A DNA stretch of 64,000 nucleotides from contig NC_043025.1 of NCBI RefSeq assembly GCF_006345805.1, positions 12,338,001 through 12,402,000 of the forward strand. Reading direction: 5' to 3'. Both the position numbers and the translations under genes were made by a program. The stretch comes from Octopus sinensis. Taxonomy: Eukaryota. Under the pieces are notes generated by a model. It ran no database searches. It saw only the letters and a program-made list of their open reading frames with translations, and was not told where the DNA came from. Shown here in pieces: positions 13,308 to 24,170 of this stretch; the first letter of the stretch is position 1, and each line of letters opens with the position of its first letter.

Positions 13308-13361
13308 GATGGCTCTGTTAAAATGGAGATCAGGATTGTTTTTGGCAACTGGGTCTCTCAC
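13308..13361 (-). CDS. TTC5: TTC5 exon 6 (54 nt): VRDPVAKNNPDLHFNRAI
   Basis: TTCCAG acceptor, GTAAGT donor; NPDLHxNRA motif. Confidence 0.92.
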
Positions 13362-13674
13362 CTGGAATAAAGAAGAAAACTCGTTAAGTTGCATCTGTGT
13401 GTGCATATATACATGCATGTGTAGGTGCATATGTGATGGTGCAGCCTTCTGATGCTTACAATGTCAAGGCTTCCAGCTGAACTGATTCAATGCAACAGCC
13501 TGCTCATAAAATTTACATGTAAGTGGCTGAGTACTCCACAGACACGTGTACCCTTAGCGTAGTTGTCAGGGAGATTCAGCACAAGGTTAGCCCTTTGGAT
13601 TACAGGTACTATGATATATATCTATATACACACTTCACACAGAAGCAGTATACACACAATTACAAGAATCCCAG

Positions 13675-14430
13675 AGCTCCTCTGGCCCCTGTGCCGGTGG
13701 CGCGTAAAAAGCACCATCTGACCGTGGTCGATGCCAACTCTTCAGGCCCCTGTACCGTTGGGACGTAAAAAGCACCATCTGATCGTGGCCGATGCCAACT
13801 CCTCTGGCCCCTGTGCCAGTGGAACTTAAAAAGCACCATCTGATTGTGGTCGATGCCAACTCCTCTGGCCCCTGTGTCGGTGGCACGTAAAAAGCACCAT
13901 CTGACCCTGGTCGATGCCAACTCCTCTGGCCCCTGTGCCAGTGGCACATAAAAAGCACCATCTGATCATTGTCGATGCCAACTTCTCTGGCCCCTGTGCC
14001 GGTGGCACGTAAAAAGCACCATCGGATCATGGTCGATGCCATCTCCTCTGGCCCCTGTGCCAGTGGCACATAAAAAGCACCATCTGATTGTGGTCGATGC
14101 CAACTCCTCTGGCCCTGTGCCGGTGGCACGTAAAAAGCACCATCTGATCGTGGTCGATGCCAACTCCTATGGCCCCTGTGCCAGTGGCACATAAAAAGCA
14201 CCATCTGATCGTGGTCGATGCCAACTCCCCTGGCCTCTGTGCCGGTGGCACGTAAAAAGCACCCACTACACTCTTGGAGTGGTTTGTGTTAGGAAGGGCA
14301 TCCAGCCGTAGAAACATTGCTAGATCAGATTGGAGCCTGGTGCAGCCTCCTGGCTTCCCAGACCTCAGCCAAACCGTCCAACCCATGCCAGCTTGGAAAA
14401 TGGATGTTAAACGATGATGATGATGATACC
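13675..14430 (+). repeat. Family C element with ~9 tandem ~61-bp internal units
   Basis: Unit GGCCCCTGTGCCRGTGGCACRTAAAAAGCACCATCTGATCGTGGTCGATGCCAACTCCTCT. Confidence 0.9.
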
Positions 14431-14475
14431 CAATACAACTGAAATAATAATAATAATAAAAAAAAGCCTACTTAC

Positions 14476-14567
14476 AGCTTGGTTATAGGCACTCATTGCT
14501 TGTTTTAAAGTTTTAGGGTTCTGCCCTTCAGCAAAGAAAAGGGACAGATAGGCATTTCCAAGATTAG
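14476..14567 (-). CDS. TTC5: TTC5 exon 5 (92 nt): NLGNAYLSLFFAEGQNPKTLKQAMSAYNQA
   Basis: CCACAG acceptor, GTAAG donor; matches recalled [26 protein letters not shown]. Confidence 0.93.
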
Positions 14568-14882
14568 CTGTGGATTTAAAGGGAAACAAATACAATATCA
14601 AAAACAGAACAAACAAAAAAATATGCAAAGCAGTTTCAAACATATTCTAACAATTTTAATGTTTTTAATAGATTTTAACAGCTTTTAATAGATTTTTAAC
14701 ACATTTTAATAGATTTTTAACATATTTTAATAGATTTTTGATACATTTTAATAGATTTTTAACACATTTTAAGAGATGCTTACTAGAGCTTTTGTTTAAA
14801 CCCAGGTCAACTCTGACCCTGCAGACCTGTGATCAAAGGTGTTCCAGCTGTGACCATCCAGTCTTTATTTAGGTATATTGTA

Positions 14883-15023
14883 TAAGGTTGCCCCAAAAGT
14901 TCGTAGAAAGTCTTGGAAAATAATGGTCTTTATTTTGAGGAATAATTTTTGTTGTTTTTGTTAGTACTTGGCGAGTAAAAATTCAATTTTCGCAAGTGTT
15001 TACGAACTTTTGGGACAACCTAA
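14883..15023. mobile_element. Mariner-type MITE (141 bp)
   Basis: TA|TAAGGTTGCCCCAAAAGTTCGTA ... TACGAACTTTTGGGACAACCTAA|TA: terminal inverted repeats with TA target duplication. Confidence 0.8.
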
Positions 15024-15395
15024 TATCTAGAGCTACATTATCTAATGTACCCTGAGAGCTACTTAATTGCTAATTAATTAAATGCTAACTAAAAAAAGAA
15101 CACTTTTTTAACACATTTTAAGAGATGCTTACAAGAGTTTTTGTTTAAGCCCAGGTCAACTTTGATCCTGCAGACCTGTGATCAAAGGTGTTCCAGCTGT
15201 GACCATCCAATCTTAATTTAGTAGAAATGTTGAGATGTTTTAATCATAGGTCTGCTGGATCAGGACTGACCTGGGGCTAAACATCAACTGTAATAAGACG
15301 AACATCATGATTGGAACACTTTTGGTTATAGATCAGCTAGATCAGGACTGACCTGGGGTTAAACAGAAAAAAAAGACAATGAAGTGTGGACATAC

Positions 15396-15546
15396 CCCAT
15401 GAGCTTCCATCAGTGATATCCATGTGGACAGCATCTTTGGCCTTTTCCACACTTTCCTTAACTATTTCCAACTTTTCCAAAGGCGGAATACCCGGGATTT
15501 GACGTAACACCATGGACAGATTGCGGAGAGATACTTTGTTCTTAGA
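15396..15546 (-). CDS. TTC5: TTC5 exon 4 (151 nt): SKNKVSLRNLSMVLRQ...DITDGSSW
   Basis: TTTCCAG acceptor, GTATG donor; NKVSLxNLSMVLRQ motif. Confidence 0.94.
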
Positions 15547-16773
15547 CTGGAAAGAAAGAAGAAAATATTGACTTCAAATGTTGGCACATACTCTTACTCT
15601 CTTTTACTCTTTTACTTGATTCAGTCATTTGACTGTGGCCATGCTGGAGCACCGCCTTTAGTCGAGCAAATCGACCCCGGGACTTATTCTTTGTAAGCCC
15701 AGTACTTATTCTATCGGTCTCTTTTGCCGAACCGCTAAGTGACGGGGAGGTAAACACACCAGCATCAGTTGTCAAGCAATGCTAGGGTACAAACACAGAC
15801 ACACACACACATACATATATATACATATATACGACAGGCTTCTTTCAGTTTCCGTCTACCAAATCCACTCACAAGGCATTGGTCGGCCCAGGGCTATAGC
15901 AGAAGACACTTGCTCAAGATGCCACGCAGTAGGACTGAACCCGGAACCATATGGTTAGTTAGAGCAATTTTGAAGGAAGGGTTAAGTCAATTACAAGAAC
16001 CCCAGAGCTCAACTGGTCCTTATTTGATCGACCTTGAAAGAATGAAAGGCAAAGTGAACCATGGCGGAATTTGAACCCAGAACATAAAAATGGATGGAAT
16101 GCCACAGGGTATTCTGTCTGGCATGCTAATGATTCTTGTGAGGTAAGTACAAAGAGCGATATCAATTAATGAATGCCAAAACAACAGGTGTTACACAAAC
16201 ACTTACATTAGCTTACAGACGTTTCTGCAACAATAAGCAATGTGCTCAGAGCTGAGTGCTTGCACAACATCTTTTAGCTTCCACAATTCAAGAGCTAAAT
16301 CAATCATCTCAACCACCACCTGCGTAACACCACTGCTACTTCCACCCAAACCACTAAACACTGAGGTACTCACATTATTTAAGGCCCCAACAAAACAGAT
16401 TTTGGCCGTGAGTGCTTTACTCTTTTACTTGTATCAGTCATTTGACTGTGGCCATGCTGGAGCACCACCTTTTAGTCGAGCAATCGACCCCGGGACTTAT
16501 TCTTTGTAAGCCGAGTACTTATTCTGTCGGTCTCTTTTGCCGAACCGCTAAGTTACGGGGACGTAAACACACCAGTATCGGTTGTCAATCGATGTGGGGT
16601 GGGGGTGGACAAACACAGACACACTAACATATACACATACATATACACATATATACATATATACGACGGGCTTCTTTCAGTTTCAGTTTCTACAATTCAA
16701 GAGCTAAATCAATCACCACCTGCCGAACACCACTGCTACTTCCACCCAAACCACTAAACACTCAGGTACTCAC

Positions 16774-16985
16774 ATTATTTAAGGCCCCAACGAAACAGTT
16801 TTTGGCCGATGTGATGTCTTTGTTCTTCCAGTAACATTCCCCCAAGTGGTTCCATGCCTCCACAAGTTTAGGGTCCAGTTTCACAGCTTTCGACAACAGC
16901 ACCTCTGCCTCCTTATCATAGGTTGGTAACACGTTCAGGGCCTTCCCTCTCAGCATAAAATACTGTGACTTGCTGGAGATCAGAT
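16774..16985 (-). CDS. TTC5: TTC5 exon 3 (212 nt), TPR region
   Basis: TTTCAG acceptor, GTGAGT donor; GKALNV...[25 protein letters not shown]. Confidence 0.95.
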
Positions 16986-17529
16986 CTGAAATAGACAAGA
17001 AGATACTGCGACTGTAACAATGGTTTCAAATTCTGACACAAGGCCAGCCGTTTCAAGGAAGCAGGTAAGTCAATTACATTGTCTCCCGAGAGGATGAAAG
17101 GTAAAGTCGACCCTGGCAGCGTTTGAACTCAGAATCTTAAGACAGACAAAATGCCACAAAGAACTTTGCCTAACATCCTAACAATTCTGGCCCTAACGAG
17201 GGCCAGTCAGGCGGGACTGGCGACGACCTCGCTCGAATTTTTACACATGGGCCAGTCAGGCGGTACTGGCAACGACCACAAACAAATGGTGCTTTTTACG
17301 GGCCATCTGCACAGCAGTCAGTCCAGTGGCACTGGCACCGACCTCGCTCGAATGTTTTTTCACATGCCACCGGCACAAGTGCCAGTAAGGCAATGATGGT
17401 AACGATCACACTCGAATGGTGCTTTTTACGTGCCACCGTAAGAAACACACAAAAACCGTTAGATTCACTTCAACATTTAAATTTAATTTGCCAAAATATT
17501 TTCATTGCTTTGAGACTGCGACCATGCTG

Positions 17530-18770
17530 CATCACTGAACAGGTCGCGGTCTCAAAGCGACGAAAATATTTTGGCAAATTAAATTTAAATGTTGAAGTGA
17601 ATCTAACGGTTTTTGTGTGTTTCTTAAATGGCTTACAAACACTTCCACGCTGCAATTGTATATATATTATATAATATATATATATAATTAATTAAGGGTA
17701 GAAATTGATATCTATCAATAAAACCAGTGGTCTAGCATGATTTGAGAACATAATCTTTTGTGGAGAATGGCGATTTGACGTCTATATCTAGCATGTTGAC
17801 TGTCCACTTTTCGTGTTCAGTCCTTAATGGTATATATATATATTATATATATATATATTATATATTATATATAGCGAGTGACTTGATCTGAGATGCAGCA
17901 CGAAGTTTTGTCAGTGAACAGGTCGCGGTCTCAAAGCGACGAAAATATTTTGGCAATTAAATTTAAAGTTGAAGTGAATCTAACGGTTTTTGTGTGTGTT
18001 TAAATGGCTTACAAACACCTTCCACGCGCAATTGTATATATAATATATATAATTATATAATTAATTAAGGGTAGAAATTGATATCTATCAATTAAACCAG
18101 GGGTCTAGCATGATTTGAGAACATAATCTTTTGTGGAGAATGGCGATTTGACGTCTATTCTAGCATTGGACTGTCCACTTTTGGTTCAGTCCTTAATTGG
18201 TTATATATATATATTATATATATATATTATATTATATATATTATAGCGAGTGACTTGATCTGAGATGCAGCACGAAGTTTTGTCAGTGAACAGGGCGGTC
18301 TCAAAGCGACGAAAATATTTTGGCAAATTAAATTTAAATGTTGAAGTGAATCTAACGGTTTTTGTGTGTTTCTAAATGGCTTACAAACCCTTCCACGCTG
18401 CAATTGTATATATATATAATATATATATATATAATATAATTAATTAAGGGAGAAATGATATCTATCAATTAAAACCGTGGTCTAGCATGATTTGAGAACA
18501 TAATCTTTTGGGGAGAATGGCGATTTGACGTCTATATCTAGCATGTTGACTGTCCACTTTTCGTGTTCAGTCCTTAATTGGTATATTATATATATATATA
18601 TATAGCGAGTGACTTGATCTGAGATGCAGCACGAAGTTTTGTCAGTGAACAGGTCGCGGTCTCAAAGCGACGAAAATATTTTGGCAAATTAAATTTAAAT
18701 GTTGAAGTGAATCTAACGGTTTTTGTGTGTTTCTTAAATGGCTTACAAACACCTTCCACGCTGCAATTAT
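17530..18770 (+). repeat. ~370-bp tandem array (about 3.5 units), each with a hammerhead-ribozyme-like fold
   Basis: Equivalent positions 17571, 17950, 18320, 18681 (spacing 379/370/361; variation mostly in internal (TA)n). Confidence 0.92.
18638..18688 (+). ncRNA. Type I minimal hammerhead ribozyme, variant G3-C8 core (best copy)
   Basis: Helix I TTTGTCA/TGGCAAA (7 bp); core GTGAACA + extra G; helix II GTCGC/GCGAC; GAAA; palindromic helix III AATATT; single U at position 17 (18681). Folded by hand; activity untested. Confidence 0.65.
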
Positions 18771-19042
18771 ATATATATACATATATATGTGCTGGTGGCA
18801 CGTAAAAAGCACCATCTGATCGTGGCTGTTTGCCAGCCTCGCCTGGCGCCCGTGCTGGTGGCATGTAAAAAGCACCCACTATACTCACGGAGTGGTTGGC
18901 AGATCAGACTGGAGCCTGGTGCAGCCTCCTGGCCTCCCAGACCTCGGTCGAACCGTCCAACCCATGCTAGCATGGAAAGCGGACGCTAAACGAAGATGAT
19001 GATGATATATATATATATATATATGTATGTGTGTACACCACC

Positions 19043-19115
19043 GGTTCTGTGGTGTAGTGGTTATCACATCTGCTTTACACGCAGAGGGACGTGAGTTCGA
19101 TCATCGCCAGAACGG
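19043..19115 (+). pseudogene. tRNA-Val(TAC) pseudogene
   Basis: GGTTCTGTGGTGTAGTGGTTATCACA-TCTGC TTTACAC GCAGA: perfect anticodon arm. G1:G72 mismatch, broken T-stem, no oligo-T terminator; runs into a family C repeat. Confidence 0.8.
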
Positions 19116-19675
19116 AGTGGTTGGCATTAGGAAGGGCATCCAGCTGTAGAAACACTGCCAGATCAGACTGGAGCCTGGTGCAGCCTCCTGGCTTCCAAGA
19201 TCCCCGGTCGAACCGTCCAACCCATGCTAGCACGGAAAACGGATGTTAAACGATGATGATGATGACTTTAGTGTTAGGAAGGGCATCCACGTAAAAGCAC
19301 CAACCAATCGTGGCCGTTTGCCAGCCTCTTCTAGCCCCTGTGCCAGTGGCATGTAAAAAGCACCCACTACACTCACGGAGTGGTTGGTGTTAGGAAGGGC
19401 ATCCAGCTGTAGAAACATTGCCAGATCAAACCGCAGCCTGGTGCAGCCTCCTGGCTTGCCAGACCCTGGTCGAACCATCCAACCCATGCTAGCATGGAAA
19501 ACGGACGTTAAACCATGACAATGATGATGTACACACATACAGATGTGCATGATATACAAATATAATTCTACACCTATAAAGGTTAATGCTACATACACCT
19601 CAGGTGAACGCAGGTGTGTTGCGGCATGTACCTGAGGCCATTGAAAACAGTAACAAGAAACACTGGATTACAAAC

Positions 19676-19808
19676 CTTTCTTGGATGATAATAATTCTAG
19701 ACATTCTTCCATCTTCTTTTTGACATCTTCATCTTTGAGATGGGATTTGCTGATGCTGAACTTCTCAAAATAATGGTCACGGAAGTCATAAAGGCCATTG
19801 ACAGCTTC
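19676..19808 (-). CDS. TTC5: TTC5 exon 2 (133 nt): EAVNGLYDFRDHYFEKFS...
   Basis: CTGCAG acceptor, AAG|GTTTG donor; matches recalled ELVDQLYSFRDCYFE. Confidence 0.92.
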
Positions 19809-19859
19809 CTGCAGAGACAGACACAGGTATGTAGACAGAGATAGGCATCTATATATATA

Positions 19860-19890
<31 letters not shown>

Positions 19891-20454
19891 CAAAAAGCAA
19901 TAAAGATTCAAGTTAATTTAAATGAATTTACTTGAATATGGTACCTAACTTAGATGCACCAAAAAAAACTATACTGTTTTAACAATACAGTAATGTGGGG
20001 TGATTATAAGCGAGAAAGAAGCAACAAGAATGGATAGGTTTTTAGTATAATCGCTTCATACAAGGACAGGCTTTATTAAAAGTTGTAAAAATTACAGCAT
20101 AAACGTGTCCTGTACTCATCAGCTAAAATACATGTGAGTTCTCTAGACATCCTAGTGGTTGAGGTATACTCATGAAGTAATGTAGATAATTAAGTAACAT
20201 AAACAGATTTCCAAAGTTCATTAAAGTTCTTTAAAGATGATGTACAGTCTTATCACAGAATTTTAAAAAAGTTCTAATAGCATCACAGAGAAGGTGACCT
20301 AATCCATAGAGCACATATGAATTTCCAGAGATATGATGAGGGATTACATACTCACAGAAGACAAATTTATCCATTGTTAATCACAACGAGGTGGGTCTCA
20401 ATTCCTGCTTATTAGCATTACAGGAGGGTGAATTAATCCTTTGTATAGATGCAC

Positions 20455-20495
<41 letters not shown>

Positions 20496-20913
20496 TATAT
20501 ATATATATATATCACACACCCACATATATATATATACACACACACACATATATATACACACACAAATATATATATACACACCCACCATATATATATATAC
20601 ACACACACAAATAATATATATACACACCACACACACACATATATATATATATATATCTATACCACACACACATATATATAATATACACACACAAATATAT
20701 ATATACACACACACACACATATATATATATATAATATACCACACACACACATATATATATATACCACACCACACATATATAATATACACACACACAAATA
20801 TATATATACACACACACACATATATATATACACACACACACATATATATATACACACACACACATATATATATACACACACACACATATATATATACACA
20901 CACACACATATAT

Positions 20914-20975
<62 letters not shown>

Positions 20976-21238
20976 CATTCCTTCGATATAACTCGACAAA
21001 ATCAAAACACTTCACTTCGGATATTTCCGTGTAAGCAAATGACAATCCGATTCTGTTTTCTGCTTGGAAATTTGCGGATTTTACATTTTTACATACACAC
21101 ATGGAACAGGGAAGAACAAATATGCAAGGCTCCGTCAGGGCATTCTTTCGATATAACTCGACAAAACCAAAACATTTCACTTCGGGTGTTTCCGTGGGTT
21201 TGTGGAGTTATATAGGTATAACGAAATTATGCTAGCAA

Positions 21239-21415
21239 GGCGATCTTTCGTCTCTAGTAGACCTTTCCGTCGATTTCCGTAAAAAACTTTAAATTTTTTT
21301 TTACATATGGGCTTGCGGGAACTTTTGAAGTAATGAGAGCGAAAGAGACTAAGAGAAAGCGATTGTATGACGAGGGAAGTTCTTTTGAAGTTACCGTGCA
21401 TGGGAAGCATTGATG

Positions 21416-21451
<36 letters not shown>

Positions 21452-21954
21452 GATGGGGTGTGGGAGACAGACAGTATGTTGTGTAAGTGAAGTGCTTCTG
21501 TTAGTGTGTGTGAAGAGGGGAAGTTCTTTTGAAGTTACCGTGCATGTGAAGCATTGATGTACATGTGTGTGTGCGTGTGTGTGTGTGTGTGTGTGTTTGA
21601 TGGGGTGTGGGAGACAGACAGGGGGTTGTGTAAGTGAAGTGCTTCTGTTAGTGTGTGTGAAGAGACAGAGTAATGTGTGAAAGAAAGAGATAACTGACAT
21701 TTTTTACTCGGTGTATGTGTATATGTATGTATGCATGTATGTGTGTGTGTATGTATCTATGTATGTGTGTGTGTATCTATGTATGTGTGTGTGTGTATGT
21801 ATCTATGTATGTGTGTGTATATGTATGTGTATGTATCTATGTATGTGTGTGTGTGTATATGTATGTATATTACTTCAAAAGTTCCCGCAAGCCCATATGT
21901 AACAAAAAAAAATTTTTTTTACGGAAAAAGGTCTACTAGAGACGAAAGATCGCC
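21239..21954. mobile_element. Foldback/MITE-like element with ~90-bp terminal inverted repeats
   Basis: GGCGATCTTTCGTCTCTAGTAGACC...GAAGTAAT at left and its reverse complement at right; second copy in opposite orientation at 63294-63725. No target duplication seen. Confidence 0.8.
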
Positions 21955-22063
21955 TCCAATTGCATCGCTTTACTGTTCCTCTTCAAAGGAGCAGATTCTA
22001 AAAGAGACCAAAAAAAATGGGACATGTCCATCATGGTCAAAAGTAAAAGAATGTAATGCCTAC

Positions 22064-22123
22064 CTCTGCACATTGGAGCGGCGTTTTCTCGCTTGTTTCT
22101 GTTTGTTCCTCTTCTTCAGCCAT
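22064..22123 (-). CDS. TTC5: TTC5 exon 1 coding part: MAEEEEQTETSEKTPLQCAE
   Basis: ATG at 22123, GAG|GTAGGC donor, phase 0; acidic start like recalled MADEEEEV. All 11 exons total 1329 nt = 442 aa + stop. Confidence 0.82.
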
Positions 22124-22370
22124 AATTAATTAACCTCATTAATTAAATGACAATTAAAACTATTGCTATTACCACCAGCTTCAATTAAGCTTGTCTGCAT
22201 AGCCTACCTATATATACCCTCATAAGTTTGCTATTGCGATATATATATTATATATATATATGTAAGTATGTATGTATAGATGTAGATGTATGTTGTATAT
22301 ATATATAATATATATATATATGTATGTAAGTATGTATGTATAGATGTAGATGTATGTGTATATATATATG

Positions 22371-22401
<31 letters not shown>

Positions 22402-22639
22402 ATATGTAGTATGTATGTATGTATGTATAGATGTAGATGTTGGTGTGTGTGTGGACGCGTGTATATATGATCAATGCGTGTGTATATGCACACCTGAGAT
22501 GTGTGTGCTTAGGTAGCAGAGTTTATATAGACTATATATGTAAATGCATTTATATATACATACGTATGTGTAATTTTAATACATGTATAGGTGTGCCTAC
22601 GTATGTATATGTATATATATATATATGTGTGTGTGTCTT

Positions 22640-22679
<40 letters not shown>

Positions 22680-23149
22680 GTGTGTCTATATATATACGAG
22701 AATGTTGGGGGGTTTTTTTAACCCTAGGTCGGACGACGTACCAGGGTCGAGTCTATACGAGTGTATATTCGTGTTGCAATGTATGTTTCTATGCAGTGTG
22801 TATATGTTTGAGTGCGTTTTCGTCAATATATGTTTGTGTGCATGTATGTGCATCCATACATGTATGTGGTGTCGGGTAAGTTTCACGTCGTCCCAATGAC
22901 CTCTGACCTCGCTGGCCGCTTCCTTAACCCGAACTAAATTCTCTGCAACACCACAATGTTTGTGTTGACGATTTTTCTGTCATGACTAACAACAGGAACC
23001 GGAATTCACAAATACTGTTCACACCCGCCTTTATTTAATAAACGGTGCTAGGCTATTAACCAATAAGATTAGTCTCCTCTGAAATAAAAGTCCCCTTACA
23101 GGTCGCCCGCTGAAGACTCGTTGACGATACATATAATAATTATAATAAT

Positions 23150-23339
23150 AATAATGAAATTATTGTATACAGTGCTCAGGTGCACCACAACTTGTCAGAA
23201 AGTGTGTATAGAGTATATGCAGTAATGTAAAAATGTCTGGAAAGCGAACAATGTATGAGTCAGATACATGCTTGTGTGTGTATGGAGGGGAGAAGATCAG
23301 GTGTAGTGTTGGCGAATCTCAGGAAGCATGGAAGTTTTA

Positions 23340-23377
<38 letters not shown>

Positions 23378-24170
23378 AATTATTGTATACAGTGCTCAGG
23401 TGCACCACAACTTGTCAGAAAGTGCATATAAAGTACATGCAGTAATGTAGAAATGTCTGGGAAGTGAACAGTGTATGAGTCAGATACATGCTTGTGTGTG
23501 TATGGAGGGGAGAAGATCAGGTGTAGTGTTGGCGAATCTTAGGAAGCATGGAAGTTTTGAAGGATGCAGTGCTCCGACAACTAACAACTGATGCTGGCAG
23601 TTTGTTCCATGCTTCAGCGTGTATATGGTTGGGAGAAGATCAGGTGTAGTGTTGGCGAATCTCAGAAAGCATGGAAGTTTTGAAGGATGCAGTGCTCCGA
23701 CAACTAACAACTGATGCTGGCAGTTTGTTCCATGCTTCAGCGTGTGTATGGAGGGGAGAAGATCAGGTGTAGTATTGGCGAATCTCAGGAAGCATGGAAG
23801 TTTTGAAGGATGCAGTGCTCCGACAACCAACAACTGATGCCGGCAGTTTGTTCCATGCTTCGGTGTGTGTATGGAGGGGAGGAGAAGATCAGGTGTAGTG
23901 TTGGCGAATCTCAGAAAGCATGGAAGTTTTGAAGGATGCGGTGCTCCGACAACTAACAACTGATGCCGGCAGTTTGTTCCATGCTTCAGCAACTCTCAGC
24001 GTGAAAAAATGTTTCCTGAAGTCATGGAAGGAGCTGTGCTGTTTTCTGACTTTGTAAATATGTCCACGGGTGTTAGATGGGTGGAGTTTGAAAAGGTGCT
24101 CAGAGTTATTGTTTGTACGATGGTTGATAATTAAGGGGCCAGGGAACAGAAGAAAGAAGATATGCACCCA
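23150..24170 (-). mobile_element. CR1-type LINE 3' end with ~5 tandem ~123-bp terminal units
   Basis: HPSNTRGHIYKVRKQH...RKHFFTLRVAEAWNKLPASVVSCRSTASFK is the typical CR1/L2 ORF2 C-terminus. Confidence 0.85.

Noticed and set aside
19043-19115. Functional tRNA-Val gene
   Set aside because: Acceptor and T-stem mismatches, no terminator; kept as a pseudogene.
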